DNA of 64,000 nucleotides from Nitrosopumilus sp. (GTDB lineage Archaea; Thermoproteota; Nitrososphaeria; Nitrososphaerales; Nitrosopumilaceae): NCBI GenBank assembly GCA_965197525.1, contig OZ240211.1, positions 832,001 to 896,000 of the forward strand, read 5' to 3'. Shown piece by piece: positions 1 to 9,867 of this stretch (position 1 is its first letter; each line of letters starts with the position of its first letter). The notes under the pieces were generated by a model. It saw only the letters and a program-made list of their open reading frames with translations, ran no database searches and was not told where the DNA came from. The position numbers and the translations under genes were made by a program.

Positions 1-224
1 CCTTCTCCATTTAATGCTGTAAAATCTAAATCTTCTGATAATCTCCATTTGTTTGGATAATGAATTTTTGATAGTGCAGTTCCACCTTTGAATACCAATT
101 TATTTGATATGGATGTAGAAAATATTCCGTGTAATATCCATCCTAATACGTAATGCTTTACCATCATATCTATTGGAAAACCTTGTTCTGCAGCTTCCTT
201 TACTAATTCTTGTTTTTCAATCAT
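1..224 (-). CDS. AbiEii-family nucleotidyltransferase toxin (type IV TA), runs off window start
   Basis: Manual translation from ATG at 224: MIEKQELVKEAAEQGFPIDMMVKHYVLGWILHGIFSTSISNKLVFKGGTALSKIHFPNKWRLSEDLDF. Has the FKGGTAL and R.SEDLDF motifs; its start overlaps the stop of the upstream antitoxin. Confidence 0.85.
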   Translation of the reverse strand, partial: MIEKQELVKEAAEQGFPIDMMVKHYVLGWILHGIFSTSISNKLVFKGGTALSKIHYPNKWRLSEDLDFTALNGE

Positions 225-1039
225 TATTGAACGAATCCTTTTGGATCTAATTGAGTATTTATTCTTAGTTTCCATCTCTCTTTAATTTTTATTCTTGTTT
301 CTTTTGTTTTTGTTGGTTCCAAAAGCGAATAACCATTTTTTAATTTAATATTCTGTAACAATTCTAAACATTCCTTCCATTCAATTATTTCTGATATGTA
401 TCCTAATCTTTTGATTATAGTGTTATTCCCCATTTTTTTTGCACAATCTACTAGTTTTTTTACATTGATTTCATTTTTAGAAAAAAATAAAGTTCTAGCA
501 ATTTCTTCTATGCCTCCACCATATCTTGGATGATCTAAACAATCTACAATAGTTTTTTCAGGCGATGATATTTTTACTTTTATCTCGTCAATTGTTTTTT
601 CTTCGGTACCAAACATTTTTTGAGAATGTATGGTAATAAATTTGAACTTTATATCAAATATTTTTTGTGAACGTTTTGCTATTGTTGTTGCTATATGTAC
701 ATGTGATGAAATTCTATCAGTTAATCCATGATAATTTAATGCGCTCAAATATCCAATATAATATGATGATGGTGATGCAAGAAGTGAACCTATTGCAAAA
801 CCATGCAGTGTATAACTTTCAGATCCATTTTCACCTGCATTCAATGGTATTATGATGTATGTTCCTTTTCGTATTTTCATGATCCATTTTTTTTCTACAA
901 GATGGTGCAGAAAATTTTTGGTATCTTTTACATATTTTTTTAAATCTTTTGTTGTGAATACTGATTTGCTGTTATAACTTAGCTCTGTTAATATTCTTGA
1001 TTCTTTATCTGATAGACTACGTTTGTATTTATTTGTCAT
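224..1039 (-). CDS. AbiEi-family antitoxin / transcriptional regulator (type IV TA)
   Basis: N-terminal wHTH, YIGYLSALNYHGLT, SSPEKTIVDCLDHPRYGGG and IKRLGYI motifs; translationally coupled to the AbiEii gene. Confidence 0.85.
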   Translation of the reverse strand: MTNKYKRSLSDKESRILTELSYNSKSVFTTKDLKKYVKDTKNFLHHLVEKKWIMKIRKGTYIIIPLNAGENGSESYTLHGFAIGSLLASPSSYYIGYLSALNYHGLTDRISSHVHIATTIAKRSQKIFDIKFKFITIHSQKMFGTEEKTIDEIKVKISSPEKTIVDCLDHPRYGGGIEEIARTLFFSKNEINVKKLVDCAKKMGNNTIIKRLGYISEIIEWKECLELLQNIKLKNGYSLLEPTKTKETRIKIKERWKLRINTQLDPKGFVQ

Positions 1040-1668
1040 TATTCTCTTTATCTAGAGTAAATCTCCTAATAAATATAGGTTTTATGGTATGATGAGGAGA
1101 CAAAAATGTACTCCTAGTCTGCCCCCTCCAAGATCATACAGCAGGCTTGTAAACCTACATGCTTTGAGTGCAAACAAGCCGGATAATTGTACAGAACAAT
1201 CGTGATGCTTCGATTACAATGAACAGCCGTACAACTACAGATGCTATACGTCAGCCGGTTAGAAATACATGTACAGTTGATGATACCCGATATGATTCTA
1301 CAGTAAATGACAGTATTATACATGCTAGAGTCCAGATGACAGATGGCAAAAAAAATCAAACATATGCAACGTGAGTTCAGGAAGCAAGATAGTTTTGCAT
1401 AATGATTCCACTGTTACCATAGCGATCAACGACTGGATACGGATTTGAGATCTAACGTAGTGTTTCTATTAGATAAATTTGATCTCGTGAACTTTTGCTT
1501 GACAGTATATATGATTTGATTACGCCAATCAACAAGGGTAAAACCGCATACTAGATCAAATTAGATTTTAGGACAGCACAATATATTAAAAATAGATTGC
1601 CAGAATACAAGATCGGTTATTTATCAAAATTCAAAATAAGTATGATTGACTGCGCAGATTCCATATGT

Positions 1669-2541
1669 CTAATCTGAGGATACAAATCTTACAGTGTTAC
1701 GCAAGGTACCCAAGTTCTCAATCTCTAGATCAACTACATCCCCGCTCTTCAAAAATACGGCATTCGGACTGTTCAATATTACCCCAGCAGGCGTTCCAGT
1801 GGATATAACGTCTCCCTTCTCCAGAGTCATAACTTGGGAGAGTTTTGAGACAATATCGGGAATTTTGATAAACATGTTACTAGTAGATGAATCTTGGCGT
1901 ACATTCCCATTAAGTCTAGTAGTCATCTTGAGATTGTGAGGGTCAGCAATCTCATCAGCAGTCGTTATCCATGGTCCGCACGGGGCAAATGAATCAAAAC
2001 CCTTTCCTCTAGTAAATTGCTTGTCTTTGAATTGAATATCGCGTGCAGATACATCATTAAACACCATATAGCCAAAGACTGCATCTGATGCGTCCTCAGG
2101 ACTGATATTTTTACAATCCTTGCCAATAATCAGAGCTAGCTCTATCTCATAATCAAGCTGAGTAACAAAGTCAGGACATATAACATCTGAATTTGTGCCA
2201 GTTAGCGCAGTACGTGGCTTTATGACTATTGCAGGATCGTCGGGAGGGGTCTCTAAGCCTTGTTCTTTGGCATGGTCCAGATAGTTAAATGCAAGACAGA
2301 TTACCTTGCTGGGATTTTTAATTGGTGTTAATATCTGATACTTTGAGAGAGGATCGTTGTATGGCAAGTCATTGACCTGGTCTTTAACTTCGTTGTACCA
2401 TCCATCAAATAGAAAGTCCTTTACGTTGTGAGGAAGAGGTACTCCTGTCAGATAGATTAGCTCATCTTTTGTAGATACATTGGTACCATTTACAAAACCG
2501 TATGTCTCATTATTTTCATGCAACAATCTTGCTATCTTCAT
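1669..2541 (-). CDS. Fumarylacetoacetate (FAA) hydrolase family protein
   Basis: LDYEIELALIIG, NDVSARD, GKGFDSFAPCGP and DVISTGTPAGV motifs. Confidence 0.92.
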   Translation of the reverse strand: MKIARLLHENNETYGFVNGTNVSTKDELIYLTGVPLPHNVKDFLFDGWYNEVKDQVNDLPYNDPLSKYQILTPIKNPSKVICLAFNYLDHAKEQGLETPPDDPAIVIKPRTALTGTNSDVICPDFVTQLDYEIELALIIGKDCKNISPEDASDAVFGYMVFNDVSARDIQFKDKQFTRGKGFDSFAPCGPWITTADEIADPHNLKMTTRLNGNVRQDSSTSNMFIKIPDIVSKLSQVMTLEKGDVISTGTPAGVILNSPNAVFLKSGDVVDLEIENLGTLRNTVRFVSSD

Positions 2542-2547
2542 AATTCA

Positions 2548-4362
2548 TCACTTGTGGGTAAAAATAGCCCTATTTTGTAAATCTTTTCTGCAGTAGCCAA
2601 ACCTAACAAATTGGATCAGAGATCCTTCTTTTAATTGTAGATAATGGGGTTCGACATAGGCATTCAACTCTTCCAAACTATCAGAATTGAATTGATCACC
2701 GTTAAATAATATTTTAGGCACCATGACACTAATTTGATGCGCAGTCTTTTGAGGGACCCATTGAATCTTTGGGATATCCGACTTATCAGAATCGCCGATA
2801 AATTCACCCTGCAATATAGAACCATCACTATCTGTGATGGATACATCACCCAATCCTAAAAGACGGACATGTGTATTAGTACCATCTCTTATGCTTTGTG
2901 CGTCGTCGTCAGATATGTAAAGATCTCCATCAGTTTCTACTGTTCTATTTCCCAAAGTAGCGTGCATAGGATGGTTGGGTATGACGACAGAAGACAGTGA
3001 CAGATTCTTTACAGTTAGTTTGGTTGCATTTTTTACCATGAATAATCGCACACTAGTAGAATCAATAATTTTTCGATTAAAGGCTTCAAGCGAGTCAAAT
3101 GGCGCCAGAGTGTTTGCTCGAGTTAATCCTAGTGACAGAATAAATTGTCTAATTGCTTGAGGCTGTATTCCTCTTTTGCGTAGCCCTTCAAGAGTGGGCA
3201 ATCTTGGATCATCATACCATGAAACTTTACGCTCTTCAATCAAAGGTTTAAGAATTCGTTTTGATATTGGCATTCCTTTAAACTCCAATCGAGAGAAAAA
3301 ATCTTGAATCGGTCTTCGCATGTTCAACGCATTCAAAATAGCATCAATTAGTTCTGCTCTTAATTCAAACTCTTTGGAACGAAAAGCATGCGTCACACCA
3401 TCGACACTATCCTCAATCGCAACTGCCATATCATAGCTAGGCCAGACCCTATACTTGTATCCCAATGTGTAGTGTTTTCCATCTATAATTCGAAACAGAA
3501 CCGGATCCCTCATGACGGCATTATCTGCTTGCATATCTCCACGAAATCGCAATGTGGCATCTCCCGGCTTGAATTTGCTATGCATCTTTTCCCAGTTTTG
3601 TATATTTTTATCAAGACTGTTAACCATGTTACATTTACATGCTTTTTTTGCCTGTCGGTTATTACGTACGGTATCCTGTTTACATGTACATACGTATGCG
3701 TTAGACGAGTTAATTAATTCAAGAGCTTTCTCGTAAAATAACTCCATATCATCAGATGTGCTTTTTACGATATCAAACTTAATTCCCAGCCACTCAAGCC
3801 CAACTTTGATGGCTGCATGGTATTCCATTCTTTCTGCTTCAGGATTGGTGTCGTCCATTCTCAAGATAAATTTGCCACCATACATCTTTGCATACTCAGA
3901 GTTAATGATAGCAGCTTTTGCATGACCGATATGAGGATAACCATTAGGTTCTGGAGGAAACCGGGTTACAACTGCTCCTTGCTTTGCATCCCTTAATTCC
4001 GGAAGACCCTCTCGCTGAATTATCTTTTGCTTTGGTGCCAAGAGTTCAGGGAAACTGTCTTGAATCTCTTTTTCCTGTTCTTGTAACGATAAATTGTTGA
4101 CGGTTAAAACGATCTCAGATATGATTCCTGCAACATGAGACACCTGGTCTCTAAATTCAGGACGAGTCCCAAGAAGCTTACCCAAGACTATCTTATCTCG
4201 AGTTCTGCCACCATGCTCAAATGCATTTTGAAGGGATAGGCGCAGAATATCTTGTTTTAATTGATCCTGGACGTTGGGCTTTTGCGGCTGTTGTTCCGGG
4301 TCTGACTGTAGCCGGTTTTCTTGATGTTCGTCTTGTAGTTTATCATCCATATTCTTTCTCAC
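2548..4362 (-). CDS. gltX: Glutamate--tRNA ligase (archaeal type)
   Basis: TRFPPEPNGYPHIGH (HIGH), RMDDTNP and ISKR (KMSKS-like) motifs; short Q-rich N-terminal extension. Confidence 0.95.
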   Translation of the reverse strand: MRKNMDDKLQDEHQENRLQSDPEQQPQKPNVQDQLKQDILRLSLQNAFEHGGRTRDKIVLGKLLGTRPEFRDQVSHVAGIISEIVLTVNNLSLQEQEKEIQDSFPELLAPKQKIIQREGLPELRDAKQGAVVTRFPPEPNGYPHIGHAKAAIINSEYAKMYGGKFILRMDDTNPEAERMEYHAAIKVGLEWLGIKFDIVKSTSDDMELFYEKALELINSSNAYVCTCKQDTVRNNRQAKKACKCNMVNSLDKNIQNWEKMHSKFKPGDATLRFRGDMQADNAVMRDPVLFRIIDGKHYTLGYKYRVWPSYDMAVAIEDSVDGVTHAFRSKEFELRAELIDAILNALNMRRPIQDFFSRLEFKGMPISKRILKPLIEERKVSWYDDPRLPTLEGLRKRGIQPQAIRQFILSLGLTRANTLAPFDSLEAFNRKIIDSTSVRLFMVKNATKLTVKNLSLSSVVIPNHPMHATLGNRTVETDGDLYISDDDAQSIRDGTNTHVRLLGLGDVSITDSDGSILQGEFIGDSDKSDIPKIQWVPQKTAHQISVMVPKILFNGDQFNSDSLEELNAYVEPHYLQLKEGSLIQFVRFGYCRKDLQNRAIFTHK

Positions 4363-4368
4363 TGCTAC

Positions 4369-5349
4369 TTAGACACTTCTGTTAACCACAAAATCAAGTA
4401 ATGCTACCAGATCTGCCTTTGCAGTACCCGAATATGCTGATAGTGATCGCTTGGCTCTGTTGGCATATCGCAGGGCCTCTTTTCTGGCAATCTGGTCTAT
4501 ACCAAGGGAACGAATAACATCAACTGCATCATGTAGATGTTTTTTGGATACCTTGGGATTCCCAAACGCTTGTAGAATTATTTTTTTATCCTTGCCTTTT
4601 GCAGTCTTGATTGCCAATAGTATAGGAAGTGATTTTTTACCTTCTCTCAGATCGTTGCCTACAGGCTTTTTAGTGATTTTAGAGTCGCCGACAACCCCAA
4701 TAATATCATCAGTAATCTGAAAGGCAATTCCTAGATTCTTTCCAAAAGATACAAGATTTGATATATCCCGTTTGTTATCTGTTGCGCATATTGCGCCCAT
4801 TGCACATGACACACTAAACAATGCAGCAGTCTTTTTTGAGATCATTTGGATGTATTGACTCTGGGTCGGAATTTTTTTGGTTTCACCCATTTGGATATCA
4901 AGCAGTTGGCCTTCACACACATCAACACATGCTTCAGCAAGCATGGAGACCAATCTAATATTTGCCTCAGAAGACAGTTTTGAGTAACTGAGAGTTTGAA
5001 ACGCTTTTGAGAAGAGTACATCGCCTGCCAAAATTGCAGTAGGTATTCCAAATTTAGTATGTACAGTCAATACAGCATGACGCATCTCATCATTATCCAT
5101 GATATCATCATGAACCAAAGTAAAGTTGTGGATCATCTCTATGGCAGCTGCTGCGCGTATCGCATCAGATGTTCTGCCTTTGAAGATTTGACAGCTCTTA
5201 ATTACCATGTATGGTCTGAGTCTCTTTCCACCATGGAATATTAGATGTCCTGCAGCGTCATAGAGTGTCTTTGGTTCTCCTTTTAGTTTTGAGTTCAGAT
5301 ACTTGTTTATGATATCTGCATTCTTTTTAACAGAATCAGTCTTTTGCAT
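4369..5349 (-). CDS. Geranylgeranyl diphosphate synthase (polyprenyl synthetase)
   Basis: GGKRLRP, HDDIMD (first Asp-rich motif), KTAALF and FQITDD motifs. Confidence 0.93.
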   Translation of the reverse strand: MQKTDSVKKNADIINKYLNSKLKGEPKTLYDAAGHLIFHGGKRLRPYMVIKSCQIFKGRTSDAIRAAAAIEMIHNFTLVHDDIMDNDEMRHAVLTVHTKFGIPTAILAGDVLFSKAFQTLSYSKLSSEANIRLVSMLAEACVDVCEGQLLDIQMGETKKIPTQSQYIQMISKKTAALFSVSCAMGAICATDNKRDISNLVSFGKNLGIAFQITDDIIGVVGDSKITKKPVGNDLREGKKSLPILLAIKTAKGKDKKIILQAFGNPKVSKKHLHDAVDVIRSLGIDQIARKEALRYANRAKRSLSAYSGTAKADLVALLDFVVNRSV

Positions 5350-5998
5350 TACTTACCAACCTCCAATCATCATCAGACATATGAGCTCTGATTGCATCAC
5401 GTAAAGAGTCATGAATTTCACTACTTATCCATGTCGATAAAACATTTTCGTATTTTTGAAGCGATAGTGCGTCTGATCTATCAAGCAATCTCAGTGCAAC
5501 GAGCATCCATGGACAGTAAATCAAAGGATCTTTCTTTAATTCTGCCAATAGTTCTCTGGCAGTAATCCACTTGATCTCGTCAATTTCACCTCTTATTGTT
5601 TCTAGTTTTGCATCTCTGTCAATTACGCCTATCAGGGTAGCACATATCTCGTTTTCAGAACCAATATCCTTGTATGGGACATGGTATTCAAACTTGTGCA
5701 GATAATCTAGTCCGGTAATAGAAGGGGCTATTCCCAGCTCCTCAGGCATCCTCCTCTCTGCAGCAGAGACAAATGTTTCAGATTCTCTAGGATGGCTTGC
5801 AAATGTACCATCCCAGTCACCGGGCCACAGCATCTTTTGGCTTGATCGTCTAGTGAGTACCAAGGCCCCATCTTTATCAAATAGTAGCGCAGTAAAGGCA
5901 CGATGCAACAGTCCATTTGGCTGATGGCATTTTACCTTCTCTTCAAGGCCTAGAGGATTGTCGTGTTTATCTACCAGAATTACAAACTCGTCAGACAT
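5336..5998 (-). CDS. idi: Isopentenyl-diphosphate delta-isomerase, type 1 (NUDIX fold)
   Basis: LHRAFT, KMLWPG.W and ENEIC motifs; likely start MSDEFVIL at 5998 rather than 6076. Confidence 0.9.
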   Translation of the reverse strand: MSDEFVILVDKHDNPLGLEEKVKCHQPNGLLHRAFTALLFDKDGALVLTRRSSQKMLWPGDWDGTFASHPRESETFVSAAERRMPEELGIAPSITGLDYLHKFEYHVPYKDIGSENEICATLIGVIDRDAKLETIRGEIDEIKWITARELLAELKKDPLIYCPWMLVALRLLDRSDALSLQKYENVLSTWISSEIHDSLRDAIRAHMSDDDWRLVSNAKD

Positions 5999-6767
5999 GT
6001 TTCTTACCTCTAAACAGTGTACCTTTAAATTTTTTATCTGCAACAGCCCCAATAATCCTTTGAGGCTTATTTCCATTCACAAAGAACACGTTAACACCCA
6101 TCTTTGAGATTGCTAGTGCTTCAGTTACCTTTCTAGTCATTCCTCCGGTGACATCCATGACAGGATCAGTATCAATATCATCATTTTTTGAGAGTACATT
6201 GCGTAGACTGGCATCTAGTTCTGAGACTAGCGTCTTTGACTCCAAATCAGAGTACAAGCCATCTTCGTTTAGCGCAAATATACACAATCTTGGTTTTATG
6301 ATTTTTGCAAGATGTGTCATTATCTTATCACCAGACAGGATGTATGTTTTTTTCTTCCCATACCACAATGCGTCCCCATACGTTACAGGAATCAGACCAG
6401 AGCTGGCAATCTGTGAGATCTCTTTGATCTTTTTAGGTATCGGTTTGCCTCCGGACATAAAATCAGTGGGCGGAAGAGAGTACGGATGTAATTTATTCTT
6501 CAGCAATGAGTCTAAAATTATCTTATCTAGCTCGATCATGGAATTCTTGACTACTGCAACACCGTGCAAATCATAACGCTTCTCCTTTGTATGCATATCG
6601 TATTTGACAGACCAGTAATGTCCAAAAGAACCGCCACCGTGAACAATAATCAGAGGCTCTTTGATTTTTTTCAGAGTCTTACATAGATTGTCTATCGCTT
6701 TCTGTTTAGCAAACAATGGTTTAGTCTTGTCTGTGATAACTGAGCCACCTAGCTTTATGAGAATCAT
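5991..6767 (-). CDS. Isopentenyl phosphate kinase
   Basis: IKLGGSVITDK, VHGGGSFGH and DVTGGM..K motifs, in the mevalonate cluster. Confidence 0.9.
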   Translation of the reverse strand: MILIKLGGSVITDKTKPLFAKQKAIDNLCKTLKKIKEPLIIVHGGGSFGHYWSVKYDMHTKEKRYDLHGVAVVKNSMIELDKIILDSLLKNKLHPYSLPPTDFMSGGKPIPKKIKEISQIASSGLIPVTYGDALWYGKKKTYILSGDKIMTHLAKIIKPRLCIFALNEDGLYSDLESKTLVSELDASLRNVLSKNDDIDTDPVMDVTGGMTRKVTEALAISKMGVNVFFVNGNKPQRIIGAVADKKFKGTLFRGKKHV

Positions 6768-6810
6768 GTTGTTTTGACTATTCTCGTCAATTAAAAAGTA
6801 TCCAGCCCTT

Positions 6811-8157
6811 GGTTCTGTGTAATCTTCGGGTGTTTTTTATGTTATTCATACCAAAACTAAACATTGTTTCAACAACGTAAAGTAACACCTTGATGATTAC
6901 TTGACTTTGACATATCGACTATTCGGATTACCGGTGTACAGGGTTCCGACATCGTTGACTCAAAAGTATCAAACTTCGCTTCATTTATGCCATCTCTACT
7001 ATCCCTAAACCTAGGGGACAGTTTGCGTGATATATTCATGGCAGCAATTACATCTCTGTCCATGAACAATCCGCAATTATTGCACAACATTTTACGACTG
7101 TGTTGCATGTCCTCTTGGAGTTTCTTTCCGCATTTTGGACATTGCGTGCTTGTGCGTTTTGGGTCTACAAATTCGACTGGAGGTAGCCCGACCCACTGTG
7201 CTTTGTATTCTATCTGTCTTTGCAGTTCAAAGAATTGCCATCCGTTCAATCTGCGTCTGTATTTGTTACCTTGACTGTTCCCTTTCCTGTATAGTTTTCT
7301 AATTCCTTTCAGGTTTTCTAGAACAATAACTGCTTTTTCTTTGACTGCATTATCCACAATATCTTTGGATATTTTGTGGATGTATTGTTTTGTTCTGTTG
7401 GTCATTCTTTTCTGTCTCTCTTTCCAAAACTGATCTTTCTTTCTGCGATCATTTCTGCGGAATCCAGCTCTAGCATGTATTGTGTTCTCTTTGATTGAGA
7501 GCAGTTTGTTTGTCTTGTAGAATGTTACCTTTTCCTCATTTCCACAGGTGACGTTTCTAAGGTTCCGGTCTACTCCCACTGTCTTGGTACACTCTATTTG
7601 TTCTGTTTCTTTGGAAACACAGAGATTGATGTTGAGGGCAGTCAATGAAAATGAGCGTACTGTCAAGGCAGGATCAGACAGGATTTTTTGTGTGTGTTGG
7701 TTTAACAGGATGTTGATAGAATTTCTACTCTTGTATGGAATTGTCAACAGTGCACCATTGTGTTTTACTCCATAACAGTTTGTGATAAATGGTTTTTTTA
7801 CCGTTGGATACTTTACTTTGATGCCACGTTTCACGGATTGTTTTCTGTTAGCTAGTATACCTGCAGCTCTTGATATTGCATTGAGTTTGTATGATGATAA
7901 AATATCATAGTTTCTCAATTCGTGATAACACAGCATAGACAATCGCTTCATGTTATGGGTATCTTCTTTTAACCCTATCTTGATACAGCAGTTAACCATC
8001 TCTGTGAATGTGACCATCATACCCACGAGGTCTGAATTCGGTGTATATTTTTGTGCTATTGACTTTATCGCCCTCAACGGCTATATTGTGATTCAAGGAT
8101 ATTTAAGTGCAGATATACTGAGTCACAGTTATCAGCACCCGAAGATTACACAGAACC
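6811..8157 (-). mobile_element. 1347-bp non-autonomous TIR element (GGTTCTGT family) carrying an intact tnpB
   Basis: Perfect 22-bp TIR GGTTCTGTGTAATCTTCGGGTG (6811-6832 / 8136-8157); 8-bp TSD CAGCCCTT (6803-6810 / 8158-8165); removing it restores the mvk ending FKGLDTF*. Confidence 0.93.
6869..8077 (-). CDS. tnpB: TnpB RNA-guided endonuclease (IS200/IS605-type OrfB), 402 aa
   Basis: RuvC-I VGVDRN, RuvC-II VLENL, Zn finger TSTQCPKC...CNNC and RuvC-III DRDVIAAMNI; catalytic D/E/D present. Confidence 0.93.
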   Translation of the reverse strand: MRAIKSIAQKYTPNSDLVGMMVTFTEMVNCCIKIGLKEDTHNMKRLSMLCYHELRNYDILSSYKLNAISRAAGILANRKQSVKRGIKVKYPTVKKPFITNCYGVKHNGALLTIPYKSRNSINILLNQHTQKILSDPALTVRSFSLTALNINLCVSKETEQIECTKTVGVDRNLRNVTCGNEEKVTFYKTNKLLSIKENTIHARAGFRRNDRRKKDQFWKERQKRMTNRTKQYIHKISKDIVDNAVKEKAVIVLENLKGIRKLYRKGNSQGNKYRRRLNGWQFFELQRQIEYKAQWVGLPPVEFVDPKRTSTQCPKCGKKLQEDMQHSRKMLCNNCGLFMDRDVIAAMNISRKLSPRFRDSRDGINEAKFDTFESTMSEPCTPVIRIVDMSKSSNHQGVTLRC

Positions 8158-9207
8158 CAGCCCTTTAAAGTCAATATCAACTGAAAAACAGTTGTAACGA
8201 CCATCTTGAAATTGGTTTATGGTACGCTGCATATTGGAATGATCAGTCAAGGCAAAGACACATCCACCCCCTCCAGCACCGGTAAGTTTGGCGCCAAATG
8301 ATGTGGTCTGACCCACCCTTACCATGTCTCGTAGCGTGTCATTTGAGACGCCAATCATCTCAAGATATTCTTGGTTACGCCTGACTTGTTGACCCAGTTC
8401 TGATATATCATTACCTGTTTTTAACAACTGTAACACATCATGTACTAGTTTGGCCTCATCATCGCACAATCTAGAGAACAGCTCAGGGTTACTGTCTTTG
8501 AACTGACGTACATTTGCAACTATAGACTCTGTTGAATGCTGTAAATTTGAATTGGCAATTACCAGATTAAAAGTAGATTTGGGGGAGATACTTGCAAACC
8601 CATGTTCCTTATCATAGGTTATAATTCCCCCATAGGTGCACACTGTACAATCAGCACCCGATGTATTCTCAAATATCGTTCTCTCAGCTTGTATTGCCAG
8701 ATGTAAAATCTCTTCTCTGGATGCTTGTTTAAACAATCCAGAGATTGCAGCTGCCCCTGCTACACAGCATGCAGATGACGAGCCAAGACCAACACCTAGT
8801 GGAATTTCGGATTCTACTGTAATGCGTATTCCAGTGTTATTGTTGCTAGTACTGTCACGAGTATTGTTATTAGTGTTACCGTTAGTATTGTTGTTATCAT
8901 CACCGTCATTGATATTATTTTTATTATCATTATTATTTACATAGCCATTATTATCTTGATCATGCATCAACTTGTCTGCAAGATAATACAATGGTTTTAG
9001 TGGATAATCAATCTCAGATATAGGTGTATGTGGGGAAACGCATAAATTACCAACGTCAGAAACAATAGAGATTTTATTATCGTTGGTGTGCTCGGCAGTT
9101 ACATAAACTCTTCTATCAATTGCGCAAAGTATTGCTTGAATACCATACACTACAAAATGCTCTCCAAATAAAATTACTTTACCTGGTGCCGATGATTTAG
9201 ATTTCAA
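8146..9207 (-). CDS. mvk: Mevalonate kinase; C-terminus supplied by the inserted TIR; Asn-rich insertion
   Basis: APGKVILFGEH, P.GVGLGSSSA, SGAD and KLTGAGGGG GHMP motifs. Confidence 0.93.
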   Translation of the reverse strand: MKSKSSAPGKVILFGEHFVVYGIQAILCAIDRRVYVTAEHTNDNKISIVSDVGNLCVSPHTPISEIDYPLKPLYYLADKLMHDQDNNGYVNNNDNKNNINDGDDNNNTNGNTNNNTRDSTSNNNTGIRITVESEIPLGVGLGSSSACCVAGAAAISGLFKQASREEILHLAIQAERTIFENTSGADCTVCTYGGIITYDKEHGFASISPKSTFNLVIANSNLQHSTESIVANVRQFKDSNPELFSRLCDDEAKLVHDVLQLLKTGNDISELGQQVRRNQEYLEMIGVSNDTLRDMVRVGQTTSFGAKLTGAGGGGCVFALTDHSNMQRTINQFQDGRYNCFSVDIDFKGLGSV

Positions 9208-9233
9208 GTAGACATATGGAAGAGTAACAGAGT

Positions 9234-9860
9234 CTATTCAACGTCCTCATCAGTAATCTTTGTTTCAAAATCGTCTATCTCGTGTTTCATTGGTTCGTCA
9301 TCTTTTAATTCTCCTCTCTGAATTAAGATTGCACGTACCAATAGCCAGTATATGGTTGCAAGTGCCTTTCTTCCTCTATTATTTGCAGGAATTATTACAT
9401 CCAAATTTGATGTAATATTGTCAGTATTTGAAATTCCTATTATTGGAATTCCAGCGTTTGTTGCCTCAATAATGGTTTGCTCATCAACTTGTGGATCTGA
9501 GATTAACACTAGTTTTGGCTCAATGTAATAAGGTAATGATGGATTAGTCAAGGTACCAGGCATAAATCGTCCTAGTAATGGTTTTGAGCCTAAAGCCTCA
9601 CAAAACTTTTCAACTGGTGTCTCGGCATACTGTCTGCCAGAGCATACAATAAGATTCTCAGGCCCCATCCTGTTGATAAATTTGGCTGCAGTGTCAATCC
9701 TCTCTAATGTAATATCCAAATCAAGCATGTACAAACCTTCAAGACTAGCTTGTGTGATAAATGACCGCATAAACTTGGTCTTGACTTGGGTACCTACTCT
9801 AATCCCTGTCGTAACAACCATCTTTCTGATGTCATTTTTTTCAGCTTCTTGTTGGCTCAT
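9234..9860 (-). CDS. rps2: 30S ribosomal protein S2
   Basis: GRFMPGTLTNP, EATNAGIP and IIPANNRGRKAL motifs. Confidence 0.95.
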   Translation of the reverse strand: MSQQEAEKNDIRKMVVTTGIRVGTQVKTKFMRSFITQASLEGLYMLDLDITLERIDTAAKFINRMGPENLIVCSGRQYAETPVEKFCEALGSKPLLGRFMPGTLTNPSLPYYIEPKLVLISDPQVDEQTIIEATNAGIPIIGISNTDNITSNLDVIIPANNRGRKALATIYWLLVRAILIQRGELKDDEPMKHEIDDFETKITDEDVE

Positions 9861-9867
9861 GATAATT

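Noticed and set aside
1114-1374. Short overlapping ORFs upstream of abiEi
   Set aside because: No recognisable motif; possibly a decayed gene fragment, but not supportable.
3493-3502. ACAGAACC inside gltX as another element end
   Set aside because: An isolated 8-mer in an intact essential gene, with no partner TIR or TSD.
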